From an uncultured Verrucomicrobiae bacterium (lineage in GTDB: Bacteria; Verrucomicrobiota; Verrucomicrobiia; Limisphaerales; Palsa-1400): a stretch of DNA of 64,000 nucleotides. The translations under genes were made by a program, and so were the position numbers. The stretch is from positions 96,001 through 160,000 of the forward strand of contig CAVXRD010000001.1 in NCBI GenBank assembly GCA_963764165.1, written 5' to 3'. Below, one piece after another: positions 19,499 to 29,530 of this stretch. The notes below the pieces were generated by a model. The model was not told the origin of the DNA and ran no database searches. It saw nothing but the letters and a program-made list of their open reading frames with translations. The stretch's first letter is position 1; each line of letters opens with the position of its first letter.

Positions 19499-21742
19499 AT
19501 GAGTTCGGGTCATCAGTTTCGGGTTGCGGCCGGGGCTTTCCTGGCTTGGGGATGCCTTCTGTTCGGCTCCTCCGCCGCGGCCCAAGACAGGAACCACGCT
19601 CTCACCAATATGTCCGAGGTGATTTCCCTGCCGGCCAACCTCGCCGCGCGCCAGCTCAAAGTCGATGTGACGGGAACGGTCACGGCGACAGTTCCCACCC
19701 TGGGAGGGAGTTTTTTTGTCCAGGATGCGGGATGTGGCGTGTTCGTGGATAATCGCGACGGGCCCCTTCCCCAGCCCGGTGACATTGTGCGGCTTACCGG
19801 CGTCACTGAAAAGGGCGCCTATGCTCCCGTCATCACCGGGCCAAAGTATGTGAAGCTCGGCACGGGGCCACTTCCCCCCGCGCGGGCCGTTTCAGTTGAC
19901 AGGTTCATGTGCGGCGCGGAAGACAGCCAGCGGGTGGAGGTTTCTGGAATTGTTCGGTCCATCGAGATGAGCCTTACTGAATCGAACATCGACTTGGGGA
20001 TCGCCGCGGGCGGTTACAGGTTTCATGCCTTTCCCAAGATGCCGCTCGGGTCTGATCCCCAGCGGTTGATCGGCGCGCGCGTGCGCCTGCGCGGCACTTC
20101 CGGGGCGTTCTTCAACCAGGAACAGCGCCGCCTTACAGCGTTGAAACTTTTCATGACTGCGGAGCCGGAAGACTTTGTTGTCGAGGCGATGGAGGCGGTT
20201 GATCCCTTCACCGAACCGGTCTTGTCCATGAATAATATTGCGCAATACCGCCGCAACAAACGGCCGGGTGAACGCATTCATTTGAAAGGAACGATCACCT
20301 ACCGGAGACCGGGTGAGGAATTCTTCCTGCAGGACCAGTCCGGCGGTCTGCGAATCAAGACTCATCAAATGGATCCGGTCTCCGTGGGCGACGTCGTTGA
20401 AGTGGCAGGATTCGCGGATATCGAGAATTTTCTGCCGGTGGTTGAGGACGCCGTTTTTCGGCGGACAAGCGACCCGCATGCCGAACTAGCTCCGAAGGTT
20501 GTCACCCTTCAAGAGGTGCAGGATGGCCTTTGCCACGCGAGTTTGATAACGCTGCAGGGGAAATTGCTCGACCGCTTCATCCGCCGCGATCATCAGCCGG
20601 GAACCTGGAAACCTTCGCCGCAAATCGTGCTCATGATGCAAAGCAAGAATCTCACCTTTACCGCGGAAACAGACGCGTCGGAATCCAACTCAGACCTCAA
20701 CGCCATTCCGTTTGGAAGCACCATCGAAGTCAGCGGCGTTTGTTTCACCGAGAGCGGCGAGGACGGAAAGGCGCGGTCGTTCCAAATTCTCGTGCCCCCG
20801 GGAAAATCTGTCCAGGTGCTGGCCGAGCCAAGCTGGCTGACGCCCCAGCGCCTGCTGGGCGGGCTGGCCATTCTTTTTGCGGTCTCGATTGTCGCGCTGG
20901 GTTTGACGGTGGTTGTTTCCAGGAAGAACGCGACGCTGAGAACGCTGATCCGGGAAAAGGAAAAGGCGCAGCTGGAACTTTGGCAGGCGCATGACCAATT
21001 GGAGGAACGGGTCAAGGAGCGCACCGCTCAGCTCAAACTTCAAATCACGGCCCGCAAGGAGTTGGAATTGCAGTCCAAGGCCACGCTCGCTGAACGAACG
21101 CGCCTGGCCCAGGAATTGCACGACACGCTCGAACAATCGTTGACCGGCGTCGCCCTGCAATTGGACGCCACCACGCGCCTTTTTGAGAAGGAATCCGACA
21201 ACGCCAAGAGCCACCTTGAGATGGCCCGCACTCTGGTTTCGGAAAGCCAGATGGAAGTTCACCGCTCCGTCTGGAACCTTCGCTGCCGGGCGCTTGAGCA
21301 ATTTGATTTGCCGGAAGCGCTGCAAATGAGCATCCGGCAGATCACCGGCGGCTCCAATTTGCGCGCGGACATGAAGGCGCGCGGCCGCGTCCGCCCCCTG
21401 CCGGAAACGGTCGAGGAAAATTTGCTGCGCATCGCCCAGGAGGCTTTGACAAACATCATCAAACACTCTGGCGCAACGCAGGCGGAAATTGATCTGGATT
21501 ACGGGCCGAAGAACGTCATTCTGCAAATCAAGGACAATGGCAAAGGATTTGAGCGGGACGAATGCGCCGGGCCGCGCGAAGGCCATTTTGGCCTTTTAGG
21601 AATCACCGAGCGCGTGAAGCGACTCGAGGGGGAAATTCATTTTGCCAGCGCACCCAATGGCGGCGCCGCGATCCGCGTGAAAATTCCGATTCCGCACGAA
21701 TCCATGGCTGTCGAGGATCCCCAACCGCAGTTAACAACATGA
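19499..21742 (+). CDS. Sensor histidine kinase, HisKA_3 (NarX/ComP-like) family
   Basis: Signal peptide, a duplicated periplasmic module, one TM helix, H-box ERTRLAQELHDTLEQ, QEALTNIIKHS, DNGKGF, GHFGLLGITER. Confidence 0.93.
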   Translation: MSSGHQFRVAAGAFLAWGCLLFGSSAAAQDRNHALTNMSEVISLPANLAARQLKVDVTGTVTATVPTLGGSFFVQDAGCGVFVDNRDGPLPQPGDIVRLTGVTEKGAYAPVITGPKYVKLGTGPLPPARAVSVDRFMCGAEDSQRVEVSGIVRSIEMSLTESNIDLGIAAGGYRFHAFPKMPLGSDPQRLIGARVRLRGTSGAFFNQEQRRLTALKLFMTAEPEDFVVEAMEAVDPFTEPVLSMNNIAQYRRNKRPGERIHLKGTITYRRPGEEFFLQDQSGGLRIKTHQMDPVSVGDVVEVAGFADIENFLPVVEDAVFRRTSDPHAELAPKVVTLQEVQDGLCHASLITLQGKLLDRFIRRDHQPGTWKPSPQIVLMMQSKNLTFTAETDASESNSDLNAIPFGSTIEVSGVCFTESGEDGKARSFQILVPPGKSVQVLAEPSWLTPQRLLGGLAILFAVSIVALGLTVVVSRKNATLRTLIREKEKAQLELWQAHDQLEERVKERTAQLKLQITARKELELQSKATLAERTRLAQELHDTLEQSLTGVALQLDATTRLFEKESDNAKSHLEMARTLVSESQMEVHRSVWNLRCRALEQFDLPEALQMSIRQITGGSNLRADMKARGRVRPLPETVEENLLRIAQEALTNIIKHSGATQAEIDLDYGPKNVILQIKDNGKGFERDECAGPREGHFGLLGITERVKRLEGEIHFASAPNGGAAIRVKIPIPHESMAVEDPQPQLTT

Positions 21743-22368
21743 GAAGAGACGGAAAAATTGGAATCCTGCTGGCCGACGATCATTTCATCGTCCGCATGGG
21801 CCTGACGGCCCTCGTCAATACCGAACCCAACATGGTCGTCGTCGGCGAGGCCGCGGATGGCAATCAGGCGGTGGAGCTTTACGGCAAGTGCAAGCCTGAC
21901 TTGGTCCTGATGGACTTGCGCATGCCCGGCAAGGACGGCATTGACGCCACCGTCGAAATTCGCAGCCGCGATTCCAACGCGCGCGTCCTGATGCTGACAA
22001 CATTCGACGGCGACACGGACATCCACCGGGCGCTGCAAGCGGGCGCGCAGGGCTACGTTCTCAAGAGCGCGACGGGGCAGGAATTAATTCCCGCCATTCA
22101 AGCGGTGGCTGCCGGCCATCGTTGGATTCCGAAGGAAATCGCCAAGCGCCTGGCCTCGCGGAAGTTATTTGAGGAACTCACTCCGCGCGAAGTGCAAGTG
22201 TTGCAATTGCTGGGCAAGGGACTCGCGAATAAACAGATCGGCGACGTGCTCAGCATCACCGAACACACCGTGAAAGATCACCTCAAGAGCGTGTTCGGCA
22301 AATTGCAGGTTGTTGACCGCACAGAGGCCGTCACCGCAGCCGTTCATCGCGGCATCATTCGGCTGTGA
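21739..22368 (+). CDS. NarL/LuxR-family response regulator
   Basis: ATG 21739 overlaps the kinase stop (ATGA). Receiver motifs LADDH, DLVLMDLRMP, GYVLKS; HTH LTPREVQVL...NKQIG...TVKDHL. Confidence 0.95.
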   Translation: MRRDGKIGILLADDHFIVRMGLTALVNTEPNMVVVGEAADGNQAVELYGKCKPDLVLMDLRMPGKDGIDATVEIRSRDSNARVLMLTTFDGDTDIHRALQAGAQGYVLKSATGQELIPAIQAVAAGHRWIPKEIAKRLASRKLFEELTPREVQVLQLLGKGLANKQIGDVLSITEHTVKDHLKSVFGKLQVVDRTEAVTAAVHRGIIRL

Positions 22369-22463
22369 AAGCGAACCACAACGCTCTTGAGCAGCTGACC
22401 CCGGCAAGCATGTACTTCCTGACTGAATTGTTAAAACTAAACTCAAAGGCCGACATGCTCTCC

Positions 22464-22492
22464 TTGACCAGCTAGACTATGGAGCGTATTTT
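22464..22492 (+). promoter_or_regulatory. sigma70-type promoter, probably giving a leaderless mRNA
   Basis: TTGACC, 17-bp spacer, TATTTT, then 6 nt to ATG 22499; no Shine-Dalgarno sequence. Confidence 0.55.
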
Positions 22493-22498
22493 CCCAAG

Positions 22499-22771
22499 AT
22501 GAGTCTAACTGCGGTGGAACAGCCTTTGGTGGATCGCTTGCTGGAGCCGTTGAGCCGTTGCATTCGCGGCGTTAGCGAAGCGGAGCTTTTGAATCTGCGC
22601 GCGGATGCCACGCTGCAGGCGCGAATTGACGAATTGGCCGACAAGTGCGATGAAGGCGCGTTGACGCCTGAGGAGCGAGTCGAGTACCAGACTTACGTTC
22701 GATTTGGCAACTTTGTCGCCATCTTGCAGGCAAAGGCTCGTCTCCGGCAAAGCCGATCATCAGCGGATTGA
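22499..22771 (+). CDS. Small hypothetical protein (antitoxin-like partner of the HNH gene)
   Basis: 90 aa, helical (LQARIDELADKCDEGALTPEERVEY); TGATG overlap with the HNH gene. Confidence 0.65.
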   Translation: MSLTAVEQPLVDRLLEPLSRCIRGVSEAELLNLRADATLQARIDELADKCDEGALTPEERVEYQTYVRFGNFVAILQAKARLRQSRSSAD

Positions 22772-23168
22772 TGAACGCGGCGGGCCGCCAGGAAGTTCGG
22801 CAACAGGCGGGCTTCCGCTGCGAATATTGTCACGTTCACGAACGGCATTTGCCGTTCTCTGCTTTCCATCTTGATCATGTCGTCGCTCGCCAGCATGGCG
22901 GGACCGAGGACGCCCAAATCTGGCGTGGAGTTGCCAGAAATGCAATTTGCTGAAAGGAACCAATCTGAGCGCGGTCGATCCGGACACGGGAACCGTGGTC
23001 CGGCTATTTCATCCCAGATCAGATCAATGGGCCGAACACTTTTCGGTGATTGGCGGACGCGTCCTTGGCTTGACGCCTACGGGACGAGCGTCGGCTTGGC
23101 TGCTGCAAATGAATGCACCTTATCGCATTGAGCTTCGCGCAATATTAGCGGCTCCGGGTAACGATTGA
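22771..23168 (+). pseudogene. HNH endonuclease, frameshifted
   Basis: RCEYCH...HLDHVVARQHGG in one frame continues as NLAWSCQKCNLLKGTNL in the -1 frame; a 1-nt loss near 22912-22920. Confidence 0.8.
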
Positions 23169-23177
23169 GACACCATG

Positions 23178-25082
23178 CTATTTTAGCGACACGACACTCG
23201 CCGTCGCGCGACGGTCGTTGGACCGGTTATAGGTTAATCCGAAACCAGTTGGGAAAAGCGGCTTATCTTCCGTGCTGACCCGCGAGGACAAGGGCTCGTT
23301 GCTCACTGGCCATGCGCGTGGAAGCTTTCCAGTGGGTTTAAATTTGCCCAGCAAAACATCCGCCACCCCCTGCCCTTCGCTGCCAGGCAGCCACGCTGCG
23401 ACGAACGCATCGCTCATCGTCAGCGCTTTATCCAAAATCAGGGGTCGCCCGGAAATCAGCACCGAGATGACAGGCACCCCGCTCTCTTTTGCCTTTGCCA
23501 CCAGCGCAATATCTTCGCTCGAAATTTTCAAATCTTTGCGGTCGCCTTTTCCTTCTGCGTAAGGCTTTTCGCCGAGGACAACAATGACGGCATCCGCGCC
23601 CGGAGCGCCGGCATTCGGCGAGAAAGTCACTTCCACTCCCGCGCCAACGGTCTGGCGAATGGCTTCCAAAATGGTGGTGCCGCCATGCAATGTCTGCCCG
23701 GCATCTCCCTGCCAGCTAATGGTCCAGCCGCCGCATTGGGTGCCAATGTCATCCGCGGCCGCACCCATGATGTGGATATGTTTGACACTCTTGGCGATTG
23801 GCAATGCGTGTTCTGAATTCTTCAGCAAAACCAGTGATTCCCGGACGCATTGACGCGCAACTTTTCGGTGCTCAGCCGACCCAATGGCGGCGGTCAATGC
23901 GCTGTCCGTTTGGTTGCGGTCGAATAATCCCATTTGATATTTGACCCTCAAAATTCGCGTCACGGCGTCGTCGATTCGTGACATCGGCACTTTTCCCTCG
24001 TTTACCAATGACTTCAAATTGTTAATGAAATCGATGTAATTATTCCCCTCGCCCGGCCCATGAGGCACCATGACCATGTCCAGGCCGGCATTGATTGAGG
24101 CAGCGACATCTTCCTTGAAATCCGGCGAAATTTGGTCGATGGCAGCCCAATCTGAAATCAAAAATCCCTTGAAGCCAAGTTCGCCTTTGAGAACACCTGT
24201 CAACAATTCCTTATTGGCGTGCATTTTCGTGCCGTTCCAACTGCTGTAGGAAACCATGATGGAGCCAACTCCATCGCGCACGGCTTCCTGGTAGGGTTTG
24301 AGGAAAACACTGCGCAAGGTCGCTTCATCGCAAACCGTGTTGCCCTGATCCACTCCATCCGTCGTGCCGCCGTCCGCCAGAAAATGTTTGGCACACGCAA
24401 GGACAGGGCTGGAGGCGGAAAGATGATTGCCTTGCAGCCCGCGAATGACGGCCGCGCCCATCTCAGAGACCAAAGCCGGTGATTCGCCGAAGCTTTCGTA
24501 GGTGCGCCCCCAGCGTTCGTTTTGGGCGATGGCCACGCACGGCGCGAACGCCCACTGAATTCCCGTCCCCTCCACTTCCGCTCCGACCACTCTTGCAGCC
24601 TTCTCCACCAGCGCGGGGTCGTGCGTTGCGCCGAGTCCAATATTATGAGGGAAGATCACCGCACCATCGACGTTGTTGTGCCCGTGAACGGCATCGATTC
24701 CGTAAAGGAGTGGAATCTTCAAACGCGTTTTCAGACCGTATGAACGAAAATCGTCGCACGATTGCAGCCAGCCTTTGGGCGAATTGTCGCGGGGCGCATG
24801 GCCGCCGCCGCTGAGAATGGATCCCAGAAAATATTTTTCGATGTCCGCCTTGTTATTGGTCAGAGCCTCGGAATCCGTCTGGGTCATCTGGCCAATCTTT
24901 TCATCGAGACTCATCTGCGACAGCAGCGCGGCCACTTTTTTCTCGACCTCGCCTGAATTGCCCCGGGCCTGCGTCCAAAACGGAGCGGAAAGGACGACGC
25001 ATCCAGCCAGCAAACGAGTGGCCAAACCTGTTTTGCGTTGGACGGCGAAGGACAGAGTGCTACCCGATTGTGTTGTTCTCAT
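23178..25082 (-). CDS. Periplasmic GH3 beta-glucosidase / exo-beta-glucanase
   Basis: EKIGQMTQ, YGIDAVHGHNN, RWGRTYESF, ACAKHF, nucleophile motif ISDW, AAWLPGSEG. Confidence 0.93.
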   Translation of the reverse strand: MRTTQSGSTLSFAVQRKTGLATRLLAGCVVLSAPFWTQARGNSGEVEKKVAALLSQMSLDEKIGQMTQTDSEALTNNKADIEKYFLGSILSGGGHAPRDNSPKGWLQSCDDFRSYGLKTRLKIPLLYGIDAVHGHNNVDGAVIFPHNIGLGATHDPALVEKAARVVGAEVEGTGIQWAFAPCVAIAQNERWGRTYESFGESPALVSEMGAAVIRGLQGNHLSASSPVLACAKHFLADGGTTDGVDQGNTVCDEATLRSVFLKPYQEAVRDGVGSIMVSYSSWNGTKMHANKELLTGVLKGELGFKGFLISDWAAIDQISPDFKEDVAASINAGLDMVMVPHGPGEGNNYIDFINNLKSLVNEGKVPMSRIDDAVTRILRVKYQMGLFDRNQTDSALTAAIGSAEHRKVARQCVRESLVLLKNSEHALPIAKSVKHIHIMGAAADDIGTQCGGWTISWQGDAGQTLHGGTTILEAIRQTVGAGVEVTFSPNAGAPGADAVIVVLGEKPYAEGKGDRKDLKISSEDIALVAKAKESGVPVISVLISGRPLILDKALTMSDAFVAAWLPGSEGQGVADVLLGKFKPTGKLPRAWPVSNEPLSSRVSTEDKPLFPTGFGLTYNRSNDRRATASVVSLK

Positions 25083-25126
25083 AGTCTTACTTGCCTGCTA
25101 TTGTAAATTCAGATGGCAATGCCCTT

Positions 25127-25146
25127 CATCCCTCTTTGGAGGGATG
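25127..25146. promoter_or_regulatory. Palindromic operator candidate CATCCCTCTTTGGAGGGATG
   Basis: Lies between the divergent GH3 and GH30 genes; 19/20 identical to 19402-19421. Confidence 0.65.
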
Positions 25147-25178
25147 CCCAGCAACGGCGATTCCCCTGATTATTTGGG

Positions 25179-26615
25179 ATGCGTTTTTCCCAGCCCGCTC
25201 GCACGATTTGCGGCATAGGCCATCGCCGCCGCGCTGCGAATATCCTCGCACTCTTCGCTGTTCTTGCGTCCGCGAGTTGTTTCGCGCAGGTGCGCCTATG
25301 GCTCACAGACATCGATCACGGCGCGTATTTCCAGCAGCAATCCGCCCTGCTTTCCTTTGGCGGCTCTGTCAATAACAATCCCACCATCACCGTCGATGAA
25401 TCGGAAGCCTTTCAAACCATCGACGGCTTTGGCTGCTGCCTTACCGGCGGCAGCGCTTTGCATTTGATGAAGATGGAACCGGCGCTTCGGGCGGCGTTGT
25501 TGAATGAATTGTTCGCCGACGATGGCACAAACATTGGCATCAGCTATCTTCGACTCAGCATCGGCTCGTCGGATTTGGACGCCAAACCATTTTCGTATGA
25601 CGATCTGCCTGCGGGTGAAACCGATCCCAGCCTCTCAAAATTCAGCGTCGCGCCCGACCAAACCGCCGTAATCCCTGTCTTGAAGAAAATTCTGGCGATA
25701 GCGCCAAATCTCAAGATCCTCGGCTCGCCTTGGTCCGCGCCCGCATGGATGAAGGACAACGGCGACACGCGCGGAGGCAGTCTAAAACCGGAATGCTTCG
25801 GCGCCTACGCCAAATATTTTGTCAAATACATCGAGGCGATGAAGGCGGAAGGCATTGTGATTGGCGCGATCACGGTCCAAAACGAGCCGCTCAATGCCGG
25901 AAATAACCCGAGCATGTCTATGTCTGCGCAGCAACAGGCCGATTTCATCAAGGGTCATCTCGGCCCGGCCTTTCGCGCGGCGGGATTAAAAACGAAAATT
26001 ATACTCTACGACCACAATTGCGATCACCCGGAGTATCCGATCTCGATCTTGAACGACCCCGGGGCAAAGGAGTTCGTCGACGGCTCGGCTTTTCATTTGT
26101 ATGCCGGCAAAATCAGCGCGCTCTCCAAAGTGCATCAGGCGCATCCCGGCAAAGCGCTCTATTTCACGGAACAATGGATGGGCGCCCACTCCGATCCCAA
26201 GCGAAGCCTCGACGATCACGTCCGGGATTTGACTATTGGCGCGACTCGAAATTGGAGCCGAAACGCGCTGGAGTGGAATCTGGCCGCCAACTCAAAATAC
26301 GAACCGCACACCGACCGCGGCGGCTGCGACCGGTGCCAGGGCGCGGTGACGATTGACGAAAACACCGTGCAGCGGAACGCCGCCTATTACGTGATGGCCC
26401 ACGCCGCGAAATTTGTCCGCCCCGGCTCGGCGCGCATCGCGTCCAACTATTTGACTGCCCTGCCGAATGTCGCTTTCAAGAGTCCTGACGGGCACAAAGT
26501 GCTGATTGTTCTCAACGACACTCCGGCAGCCGAGGCATTCAACATTCGGTGCGGCGGACGTGTGGCGCAAACATCGCTTAACAGCGGTGCTGTGGGAACG
26601 TTCGTCTGGCCTTGA
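25179..26615 (+). CDS. Secreted GH30 glycoside hydrolase (endo-beta-1,6-glucanase / glucosylceramidase-like)
   Basis: FQTIDGFG, RLSIGSSD, SPWSAPAWMK, acid/base TVQNEP, nucleophile YFTEQW. Confidence 0.9.
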   Translation: MRFSQPARTICGIGHRRRAANILALFAVLASASCFAQVRLWLTDIDHGAYFQQQSALLSFGGSVNNNPTITVDESEAFQTIDGFGCCLTGGSALHLMKMEPALRAALLNELFADDGTNIGISYLRLSIGSSDLDAKPFSYDDLPAGETDPSLSKFSVAPDQTAVIPVLKKILAIAPNLKILGSPWSAPAWMKDNGDTRGGSLKPECFGAYAKYFVKYIEAMKAEGIVIGAITVQNEPLNAGNNPSMSMSAQQQADFIKGHLGPAFRAAGLKTKIILYDHNCDHPEYPISILNDPGAKEFVDGSAFHLYAGKISALSKVHQAHPGKALYFTEQWMGAHSDPKRSLDDHVRDLTIGATRNWSRNALEWNLAANSKYEPHTDRGGCDRCQGAVTIDENTVQRNAAYYVMAHAAKFVRPGSARIASNYLTALPNVAFKSPDGHKVLIVLNDTPAAEAFNIRCGGRVAQTSLNSGAVGTFVWP

Positions 26616-26670
26616 CTCGTTCCCCCATAAAAACAGGACGAATAAGTCGAATACGACTTATAGGACAGCC

Positions 26671-28824
26671 TCACCGGGCGATAGCCGCCAACATCTCCCT
26701 GGCCACTGAGTTGTTCGGATCAAGACGCATTACTTCCTCGAATTGCTGGCGGGCTTCGTCGCGCGCTCCTTGCAGCGCCAGCGCTTTCCCCAATTCCATA
26801 TGGGCGTCTGCCAATTCCGGCCGCATTCGGATCGCCTCGCGAAACTGCCCGACGGCGTCGGCTGGCTGATTCATTTTTCCAAACAGCTTGCCCTTGCACA
26901 AAATGAAAGCCGCCTCGGAAGGCTCCAATTTCGCCGCGCGATCGCACTCTCCGAGCGCCTCCTTGAATTTGCCCTTGCTCGCGTCAATGTTGCTCAATTC
27001 AAACCACGCCACCGCGCTTCGCGGACGAAGTTTCAAGCACTGGCGAAAAGCGGCCGCCGCTTCGTCCAAGCGTCCCGCCTTTTCCAGCATTCGGCCCTCT
27101 TGCGAAAAACAAAGATAATAGCCGGGCAAAATGGATTCCGTCTCATGCCAGACGGATGCGGCGTCAGCCCATTTTCGCGTGGCTTCGAGGAAATCGGCGT
27201 AGTTGAATCGCAAGAGGTGGTCGTCCGGTTTTCGTTGGATGTCTTGCAAATAGATCGTCCGCGCGCGTTCCGCCGCCGCCGCACTCAGCCGCGCACGCAC
27301 AATGCCGCTGGCATTGGTCAAGGCCGACAGCTCCTCCGCATTGTTGACCTGGCTGTCAAGTGGAGGGCGGTGGCGCCGGCGAAAAATCTCGCCCAGAGTC
27401 ATCATCCGGTTCCAATCCGTCAAGGCCAGCGCCGCCTCGCAATCGACCTGCGAAGCCCAAGCCCCGTTGGAGTTCCAATGCTCTGCTGACGCAACTGCGG
27501 CAGCCCAAAGACGGCCCAGGCGATAGTTGCCATCAAAATTGAAATGCACATGCTCGAAAAACGTTTCATCGCCGCAGACCCCCGCCGGAGTGTTGCTGGC
27601 CAGGATCGCCGCCGCATCGACAAAAACGAAATTGCTGCGTGAATTCAGCCGGGCCGTCTGCCGAATCAAATCGTTCAGAATAGAATCGGTGCGAAACGGC
27701 AGCTCATCGAAATCGCAGGCGAGTTGAAAGTGCTGCCTGGCGGCGCCGCCATTGGTCAGGCGCAACAAGCACTGCGCCAAACTATAGTGCAAATCCGCCG
27801 CTGCCGGCTGGATCTTCAGCGCCTCCGAGAGCTTGGAGGCAGCCTCTCGAAAATCCCCCATGCGCCGCGCTTCCTCCGCATCCGTCACGAGCGACTCGCA
27901 TCGCGCGCGGGAGCCTGCCTCCAAAGCGCTTCGAGGAGTGGAGGCGAACGGTGGGCAATCCTTCAAATTGACAGCAACAGTGTTCAATAAAATAGTCGCT
28001 CCAGAATTTAATCCCGCATCAACAAGGTCTTGCAGGTTCCTTTGAAAATTTCGGTAGACGGCCTCCTTTCGCGGGTCGTCCGGCGGCAATTGGCGGCCGA
28101 GAAACATCTCCATCCCCGCCCACGCGTGGGGATCCGCTGACTTCGACTGGATGCCGCGCATCGCGCTCATCAGCAATTGGCCAACACGCGCCGTTTGCAG
28201 CGCAAGCCCCATGCGCACCGACCAAATCGGCGGCGCTTGCGAACCAAAAACCGTCGCCGCGCCAAACGGCCCCACCATTTCGTTGTTGCCCATGTAGATG
28301 ATCCACACATCCCCCTCGTGCTTGGCGCATTCGCGGGCGATGGGCAAAATCACATGGGAATTGATGGCGGTAACGGAAACATTGACTACCTCGAACTTTT
28401 GTTCTGGAAATTTCTTCTCCAGCAGCGTCTGCAAATATCTTCCCGCGCCGTAAGGCGGGCTTGGGTCGCCCAATGCCGCGGACTCGCCCAGAATGAAAAT
28501 GCGGCGAGTGCCCGGCTCCTTCCGCGCCGCCATCCGCAACGCGCCCGGCAGCCGCGCCAAATCCGGCGGGAAAAAGCGAAGGACAAAATCATCATTATTG
28601 ACAAGATAATCGCGGCCGTCGATGCGCGCCTTTTTGAAGAACGCCGTGTCAAAACCGTAGCCTGCCAAGCGCAGCACGGCCTCAGCCAAAGCGAACACGA
28701 ACGAAGGAACAAGCACCAGTGCCAGCGCCGCAAAAATCCACCGCCTCCCCTTTGGCAAGGGCTTGCCAGGGCGGCCTGGATCAGGTCTTTCAGCCGATCG
28801 AGAAACAGGACGCTGCCTCTTCAT
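26671..28824 (-). CDS. Membrane-anchored SGNH-like plus TPR protein
   Basis: N-terminal TM helix, RIFILGESAA, YMGNNE, FEHVHF and C-terminal TPR repeats. Confidence 0.7.
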   Translation of the reverse strand: MKRQRPVSRSAERPDPGRPGKPLPKGRRWIFAALALVLVPSFVFALAEAVLRLAGYGFDTAFFKKARIDGRDYLVNNDDFVLRFFPPDLARLPGALRMAARKEPGTRRIFILGESAALGDPSPPYGAGRYLQTLLEKKFPEQKFEVVNVSVTAINSHVILPIARECAKHEGDVWIIYMGNNEMVGPFGAATVFGSQAPPIWSVRMGLALQTARVGQLLMSAMRGIQSKSADPHAWAGMEMFLGRQLPPDDPRKEAVYRNFQRNLQDLVDAGLNSGATILLNTVAVNLKDCPPFASTPRSALEAGSRARCESLVTDAEEARRMGDFREAASKLSEALKIQPAAADLHYSLAQCLLRLTNGGAARQHFQLACDFDELPFRTDSILNDLIRQTARLNSRSNFVFVDAAAILASNTPAGVCGDETFFEHVHFNFDGNYRLGRLWAAAVASAEHWNSNGAWASQVDCEAALALTDWNRMMTLGEIFRRRHRPPLDSQVNNAEELSALTNASGIVRARLSAAAAERARTIYLQDIQRKPDDHLLRFNYADFLEATRKWADAASVWHETESILPGYYLCFSQEGRMLEKAGRLDEAAAAFRQCLKLRPRSAVAWFELSNIDASKGKFKEALGECDRAAKLEPSEAAFILCKGKLFGKMNQPADAVGQFREAIRMRPELADAHMELGKALALQGARDEARQQFEEVMRLDPNNSVAREMLAAIAR

Positions 28825-28879
28825 GCGCGGATTCCACGGGTGTTCATCAGCGTATTTTAGCGTGAGGGCGTGAAATTGG

Positions 28880-29530
28880 CTATCCCGTTATTGACACGCA
28901 GGCATTGCGGCCGCGCGGAATTCGTTCGAGATGGTAAATGATAAATCCGTGCAGGAACAAGCGAAGCTCCCGCGCCTGCTCTTCGCTGAGGCGCAGTTGA
29001 AAAATCCCGGGCCAGTCCATTTCAAAGAGTCTTTCGACAATCGCTTTCGCACCCGGCGTTAAAGTGCTGGCCGACAAATTGGGTTTAAGGCCGAGTTCGT
29101 GAAGCCATTTTAATTCGAACGCAAAAATCGTCTGCGGTTTGGCCGGATGCTCGGGCAATATTTTCAGCATGCCCGAAAAGCTGTCGAAAACCGAGGGCAT
29201 CGCTGCGTCAGGTTCAGCGGTCTGCTCAATGAGAGCCGCGCAATACGACGCCTGCTGCACGTAAATCAAATCGCGCCGCAGTCCCGGATGGCTGTTCACT
29301 AAATGCGCCTCCCGCAGGGTGTGAAGTTCCGAACGGCGCGAGCGCGCAAAGCTGATGTCTGACAAGTAGAATAGATCCAGTTGCCCGCGAAATGGCGATT
29401 TCGTGCGGCGCGCGCCTCTGGCGACGGTCGCAACGCGCCCGAAATCCTTCGTGAGCCAGCTCACGATAAGACTCGAGTCCGTCAACGGACGGACGCGCAG
29501 GACCAGGCCGGTCGTGCGCGAAAGGTTCAT
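28880..29530 (-). CDS. recO: DNA repair protein RecO
   Basis: TTGLVLRVRPLTDSSLIVSWLTKDFGRVATVARGARRTKSPFRGQLDLF. Confidence 0.9.
   Translation of the reverse strand: MNLSRTTGLVLRVRPLTDSSLIVSWLTKDFGRVATVARGARRTKSPFRGQLDLFYLSDISFARSRRSELHTLREAHLVNSHPGLRRDLIYVQQASYCAALIEQTAEPDAAMPSVFDSFSGMLKILPEHPAKPQTIFAFELKWLHELGLKPNLSASTLTPGAKAIVERLFEMDWPGIFQLRLSEEQARELRLFLHGFIIYHLERIPRGRNACVSITG

Noticed and set aside
22905..22925. Programmed -1 frameshift in the HNH gene at CCCAAAT
   Set aside because: The X-XXY-YYZ heptamer is phased to the destination frame rather than the incoming frame, so a simple deletion is more likely.
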